64,000 nt of DNA, from positions 992,001-1,056,000 of the forward strand of contig OZ245056.1 of NCBI GenBank assembly GCA_965224705.1, read 5' to 3'. This stretch comes from Spirochaetaceae bacterium (GTDB lineage: Bacteria; Spirochaetota; Spirochaetia; DSM-2461). The position numbers were made by a program, and so were the translations under genes. The notes under the pieces are model-generated. The model saw only the letters and a program-made list of their open reading frames with translations, had not been told where the DNA came from and searched no databases. The stretch's first letter is position 1, and each line of letters begins with the position of its first letter. This document shows positions 53,093 through 64,000 of this stretch, one piece after another.

Positions 53093-55061
53093 CCGAAGTT
53101 TTTGGCGCAAAATCCAGTTAATTTCTTTTTCTGAAAAAAGTTACAAGAATATACCGCTAAAAAAACAGGAAAATGTACGCATGTAATATGAATTTTTCTA
53201 TTGCTAATAGCTTGACATATAAATAATACATGCTATAATGCAGCACATGTATATCCAGTATATCAAAAATAGAAACTCTCCAGGCTGTTGGCTCCTTCGA
53301 AAATCAACCCGCGTCAATGGAAAACCCACGACTACAACAATAGCCAATCTCACTGATTGGCCGGCTGAGATTAGAGAAGGATTTCATGCTCTGCTTAAGG
53401 GGGCAAGAATTATCTCTCCGGATAAAATGTTCACGATTGAACGATCCTACGCTCACGGACACTCTTTGGCCATCATTCAAACCATGAAACAACTCAACAT
53501 AGAGAGTCTTCTTAAAGGCGTGTCTCCTAGAAACCTGATGCTGATTAAGGCGATGATCGCCCAGAGGATTATTCATCCTGCATCAAAGCTTGCGACCGCT
53601 TATGCTCTTGATGAAAAGAATACACATAGCTCTTTGAACCGCATTCTTGGTCTGGGAGAAGTCAAGCCTGCTGATCTTTACGGAGCACTTGATAATCTGG
53701 AAGAGCAGTGGGGAAGTATTGAACAGCGATTAAGAAACCGTCATCTCAAGGATGATACGATCTTGCTGTACGACTTGAGTTCCTTTTGGTATGAAGGTTC
53801 TCACTGTTCACTTGCCGAATACGGATATAGCCGGGACGGGAAAAGGGGTAAACGGCAAATAGAGTTAGGTGTCATGACAAATCGATACGGCGTTCCGGTT
53901 GGAGCTCAAGTATTTAAGGGCAATAGAAGTGACAGCACTACCGCAGCAGAGCAGCTTGAAAAGTTAAGGAAGCTGGGCAAAGCAATAGTGTTTGTCGGTG
54001 ATCGGGGAATGGTTACAGCCAAAAACATTAAAGAAGAGATGCTTGACAATGGGGATTGGGTAAGATGGCTTGGAGCCTTGAGTGCTCCAGCGGTCAAGAA
54101 ACTGGTTACTACCCAGAGTATTACCCCGGAACTCTTTGATGAAACGGATTTATGGGAAATACACAGCGAAGACTTTCCCGGAGAACGGCTTATCGTGTGC
54201 CGCAATCCTTATCTTGCTCAGGAACGCAGGAACAAACGGCGGGAACTGTTGAGTGCAGCTGAAGATAAGTTAAGTGCCATCCAGAAAGCCGCAAGAAGGG
54301 AAAAAAGAGCTTTACGGGGCAAAGTGAAGATTGCCGAACGCTATGGCCGAATTATTGGAAAGTATAAAATGGGCAAGCATTTCAATGTAGAGATCAGGGA
54401 CGATGACTTTTTGTTTTCTCGAAACGAAGAATCCATCGGACAGGAAGAGGCCTGTGACGGTATTTATATCCTGCGTACCAATGTGGAAAGCGATAGAATG
54501 CAAACACCAGAATGTGTGGAGAACTACAAAAATCTTCAACGAGTGGAGGAAGTGTTTCGCTGCTTGAAAATAGCCGGACTACAGGCCCGTCCCATTCATC
54601 ATCGTCTTGCAAGTCGGGTTAAAGGGCACTTTTATCTGTGCTTGCTTGCCTATTACGTAGAGTTTGCTATGAGGGAAAAACTCAAACCTCTGCTGTTTAT
54701 GGATGAGTATCAAGACAGAAGCAGGCAAAGCTCACCGGTGAGGAAGGCTTTGCGTTCACCTCATGGCAATCACAAAGCAGAACATAAAGTTAACGAAGAA
54801 GGATATCCCGTGATGAGCTTTCGATCCCTTATTGATTCTCTTTCGGCTGTAGCCATCATCGACATTCGACCTGCCGTGGATAACGCCCCCTGCTACTCGC
54901 AGGGAAGTGAGTTAAATCCTTTTCATACAAAGGTATTTGAGTTGCTAAACGTACAGTACAATCCCATGCGAATAGGGAGGTGTAAGCAGTAAACAACACA
55001 GAATTTATTTGTAAATCTTTTTTTGATAGAGAATTACTAACTTCTTCGCCAAAAACTTCGG
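53093..55061 (+). mobile_element. IS1634-family insertion sequence
   Basis: Perfect 15-bp IR CCGAAGTTTTTGGCG. 6-bp TSD TTTAGA (53087-92, 55062-67). Confidence 0.92.
53247..54992 (+). CDS. IS1634-family DDE transposase
   Basis: LYDLSS..YEG, GYSRDGK, VGDRGM, YKNLQRVEEVFR.LK and RPIHH motifs. Start placed 7 nt after TATAAT. Confidence 0.92.
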   Translation: MYIQYIKNRNSPGCWLLRKSTRVNGKPTTTTIANLTDWPAEIREGFHALLKGARIISPDKMFTIERSYAHGHSLAIIQTMKQLNIESLLKGVSPRNLMLIKAMIAQRIIHPASKLATAYALDEKNTHSSLNRILGLGEVKPADLYGALDNLEEQWGSIEQRLRNRHLKDDTILLYDLSSFWYEGSHCSLAEYGYSRDGKRGKRQIELGVMTNRYGVPVGAQVFKGNRSDSTTAAEQLEKLRKLGKAIVFVGDRGMVTAKNIKEEMLDNGDWVRWLGALSAPAVKKLVTTQSITPELFDETDLWEIHSEDFPGERLIVCRNPYLAQERRNKRRELLSAAEDKLSAIQKAARREKRALRGKVKIAERYGRIIGKYKMGKHFNVEIRDDDFLFSRNEESIGQEEACDGIYILRTNVESDRMQTPECVENYKNLQRVEEVFRCLKIAGLQARPIHHRLASRVKGHFYLCLLAYYVEFAMREKLKPLLFMDEYQDRSRQSSPVRKALRSPHGNHKAEHKVNEEGYPVMSFRSLIDSLSAVAIIDIRPAVDNAPCYSQGSELNPFHTKVFELLNVQYNPMRIGRCKQ

Positions 55062-55082
55062 TTTAGAGATTGGAGGTTTTGA

Positions 55083-57455
<2,373 letters not shown>

Positions 57456-57463
<8 letters not shown>

Positions 57464-58319
57464 ATTAATTCAAAATCGTTATGAGTTTGTCATTCTGTTT
57501 GATGTAAAGAACGGGAATCCCAACGGAGATCCCGATGGAGGAAATCTTCCGCGGATTGATCCGGAAACCGGATACGGGATTGTTACCGATGTCTGCGTTA
57601 AGCGGAAAATAAGAAACTATGTTGAAATCGTCAAGGGCGATCAGTCGCCCTATTGCATCTATGTCAAGGAAAAATCCATTCTGACGGAACGGCGAAAACC
57701 TGCCTATGAAGCGGTGAAAGATGTCAAGGAAAAACAGGACAAAGTGAGTCAGGGCCGCCAGTGGATGTGTCAGAATTTTTTTGATGTCCGTACTTTTGGC
57801 GCAGTGATGAGTACAAAAGAAAATAACTGTGGCCAGGTCCGCGGTCCGGTGCAGATTGCGTTTTCCCAAAGCGTCGATCCCATTGTGCCTCTGGAAGCCA
57901 GCATCACCCGCATGGCTGTGGAGACCGCCAAAGAGGCCGAATCACAGGACGGTGATAATCGTATGATGGGAAGAAAGACCTACATTCCCTACGGCCTGTA
58001 CCGGGGACATGGCTTTGTTTCCGCGCCTTTTGCCAGGCAGACCGGGTTCTCCGAAGAGGATCTTGAGTTGTTGTGGACGGCATTGGCGAATATGTTTGAT
58101 CATGATCATTCCGCCTCCCGGGGGGAGATGGCGATACAGAAATTGATTGTCTTCAAACATAACTCCGAGTTGGGGAGCGGGCCATCCCATAAACTTTTTT
58201 CTTTGATCAAGGTAGAGAAAATCAACGGGGATCTTCCGGCCCGTTCCTTCACCGATTATAAGGTGACTGTCGATAAAGAATCAGCGCCCAGTGGTGTCGA
58301 TATTATTGAGAAGATTTGA
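57456..58319 (+). CDS. cas7c: Type I-C Cas7/Csd2
   Basis: NGNPNGDPD..NLPR.D, FFDVRTFGAV and RGPVQ motifs. Confidence 0.95.
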
Positions 58320-58933
58320 GTGTGTCAACGGATTTTCTTCCCCTATCGGCGCTTCAGCATTTTGTCTATTGTCCCCGGCAGTGCGCGTTGATCCATCTGG
58401 AACAGCAGTGGACCGAAAACCAATTCACCGCCGAGGGGCGAATTCTGCATGAGAGGGTTGACCGGCCGGAAAATGAAACCCGCGATGGAATAAGAAGGGA
58501 GTATGCGGTGCGTATCAGTTCTTCAAGTCTGGGACTGGTGGGTCAGGCCGATTCTATTGAGTTTTATCAGGACGGAAAATGCTGTCCCGTGGAGTACAAG
58601 CGGGGTCGTCCCAAGTTTACCCACTGTGACTGGATTCAGCTTTGTGCCCAGGCTCTCTGTCTTGAGGAAATGATGGGTATCGATATTCCTGAAGGGGCGA
58701 TTTTCTATGGACAGCCTCGACGCCGTCAAGTTGTCGAGTTTACACAGGAATTGAGGGAGGAAACGGAGAAAACAGCAAGAAGTCTACATCAGCTCATGGA
58801 GGCAAAAGCAACACCTCCGGCGAGATATGAACGGAAAAAATGCGAATCCTGTTCTCTGCTGGAAGTGTGTATGCCAAAGAAGCACCTCTCCGTTGATTCC
58901 TATATACGGAAATTACTTCAGGACGATTCGTGA
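58316..58933 (+). CDS. cas4: Cas4
   Basis: LSALQHFVYCPRQ, PVEYKRG, QLCAQ and CESCSL..C motifs. Confidence 0.95.
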   Translation: MSVSTDFLPLSALQHFVYCPRQCALIHLEQQWTENQFTAEGRILHERVDRPENETRDGIRREYAVRISSSSLGLVGQADSIEFYQDGKCCPVEYKRGRPKFTHCDWIQLCAQALCLEEMMGIDIPEGAIFYGQPRRRQVVEFTQELREETEKTARSLHQLMEAKATPPARYERKKCESCSLLEVCMPKKHLSVDSYIRKLLQDDS

Positions 58934-59967
58934 AAAAGCTGCTGAATACCTTGTATGTTACCACCCAGAATGTGTATCTGCGTAAGGAGAGGGAGTCTGT
59001 TGTTGTGAGTCTTGAGCGAAAAGATATTCTCAGGCTCCCCATTCACACTTTGGATGGAATTGTTTGTTTTGGCGCGGTTTCTATGAGTCCGTTTCTTATG
59101 TATCATTGCGCGGAAAACAATGTAGCGGTGAGTTTTCTGTCCGAGAATGGGAAATTTCTGGCTCGGATTCAAGGACCTGTTTCCGGCAATGTTCTGCTTA
59201 GGAGGCAGCAGTACCGCATGGCTGATTCTGAGGACTCCGCGGTGAATATAGCGCGGCATTTTCTTATCGGAAAGCAGGCGAATTGCCGGACTGTTTTGAG
59301 CCGGGCATTGCGCGATCACGGGAATAAGATTGAAGCGGATGCGCTTAAGGCTGCTCGGAAGCGATTTAAAATATATCTGAAACAACTTGAAGTAAAATCT
59401 ATGTCCATGAGTCAACTGCGAGGTTACGAGGGGGAGGCCGCGTCATGTTATTTTTCGGTTTTTTCCGATTTGATTACAGTCAATGGAGGGGGTTTCGAAT
59501 TCACTGGGCGAACCCGGCATCCGCCACTGGACCCCGTCAATGCCCTGATGTCTTTCGCCTATACTCTTCTTACCCATGACTGTCGATCTGCATTGGAAGG
59601 TGTCGGTTTGGATCCATCCGTTGGCTTTCTTCATGCTGATCGCCCGGGAAGACCGTCTCTGGCGCTTGATTTAATGGAAGAATTCCGTCCTTTTCTGGCG
59701 GATCGATTAGTTCTTTCTCTTATCAATCGCCGTCAGATACAGCGTAATGATTTTGTCTGTTTCACAAACGGAGCGGTCTCCATGAGTGATACGGCACGTA
59801 AAACAGTTTTAGAAACATGGCAGAAGCGTAAGCAGGAAATGATTACTCATCCGTACCTTGGAGAAAAATGCAAGGTAGGCCTTCTCCCTCATCTACAGGC
59901 CCAGCTTTTATCGCGGCATATTCGGGGCGATTTGGAAGCGTATCCACCGTTTATATGGGGTCCTTGA
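58930..59967 (+). CDS. cas1: Type I-C Cas1
   Basis: LLNTLYVT, LRGYEG, NALMSFAY, GFLH and ALDLMEEFR motifs. Confidence 0.96.
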   Translation: MKKLLNTLYVTTQNVYLRKERESVVVSLERKDILRLPIHTLDGIVCFGAVSMSPFLMYHCAENNVAVSFLSENGKFLARIQGPVSGNVLLRRQQYRMADSEDSAVNIARHFLIGKQANCRTVLSRALRDHGNKIEADALKAARKRFKIYLKQLEVKSMSMSQLRGYEGEAASCYFSVFSDLITVNGGGFEFTGRTRHPPLDPVNALMSFAYTLLTHDCRSALEGVGLDPSVGFLHADRPGRPSLALDLMEEFRPFLADRLVLSLINRRQIQRNDFVCFTNGAVSMSDTARKTVLETWQKRKQEMITHPYLGEKCKVGLLPHLQAQLLSRHIRGDLEAYPPFIWGP

Positions 59968-60260
59968 ATGCTTGTTCTGGTGAGCTATGATGTATCAACC
60001 GTCAATAGGGCGGGAAGTCGTCGGCTAAACCGTATCGCAAAAACCTGCCTGGATTATGGCCAGCGTGTTCAGAATTCGGTTTTTGAATGCCTTGTTGATC
60101 CCGCCCAATGGACGAAATTGCGTACAGAACTTCTAGGATTGTATAACAAGGATGAAGACTCACTCAGATTCTATTTCCTGGGTAAGAATTGGGAAAAAAA
60201 GTTGAACACCATGGAACCAAAAAAAGCCCAAATCTGGAAGCAGATACGTTGATAGTTTGA
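59968..60260 (+). CDS. cas2: Cas2; canonical tail lies in the -1 frame after an A7 run
   Basis: MLVLVSYDV, QRVQNSVFE and DSLRFY motifs. The 0-frame stop is at 60252. The -1 frame gives KKVEHHGTKKSPNLEADTLIV* ending at 60260. Confidence 0.9.
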
Positions 60261-60438
60261 ATTGCGAACATCAAGTTGGTGGAGCAGGCCGGGTAGGTTC
60301 GCTGTTTTGTTATTTCTTTATTCAATAATGAAATAATATTTTTTCTTTGTTGGCCATGTTTATTTTAGGATGTCTGTAGCCAGGGTTCGCAAAATCAGGG
60401 ATATTGACAATTATCTGTAAAGGACTTAATAAGAAGGT
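60261..60438 (+). promoter_or_regulatory. CRISPR leader
   Basis: AT-rich stretch between cas2 and the first repeat, with GCGAAC..GTTCGC motifs. Confidence 0.75.

Positions 60439-64000
<3,562 letters not shown>

Overview
A bacterial chromosomal window, probably from a spirochaete (inferred from gene content, not verified). It alternates a core-gene block (about 28.3-43.3 kb: FxsA, WecB/TagA, S41 protease, MinD-like ATPase, clpB, hisC, PrsW, tRNA-fMet, tRNA-Ala) with accessory regions. (1) 0-3 kb: IS3 debris and an integron-like cassette remnant. (2) 5.3-13.5 kb: tandem array of six Rpn-type PD-(D/E)XK genes; the five intact ones each have an internal SD+ATG ahead of a variable C-terminal tail. 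(3) 13.5-17.9 kb: a decayed diversity-generating retroelement with intact lipoprotein target, VR, hairpin and TR, an avd split by IS1380, and an RT reduced to a ~95-bp relic. (4) 18-23 kb: dense arrays of imperfect palindromes with 9-nt periodicity around a GxxExxY gene. The repeat units look like gene-less copies of the GxxExxY cassette, which is the best candidate here for an undescribed REPIN/MITE-like system. (5) Three copies of a 161-bp MITE. (6) Two AAA-PD-(D/E)XK paralogs and a phage head remnant with MuF plus a nuclease. (7) A type I-C CRISPR-Cas locus with IS1634 between cas3 and cas5, a frameshifted cas2 tail, and 54 repeats running off the window end. All alignments and counts were done by eye and family names come from motif recognition; no database searches were run.
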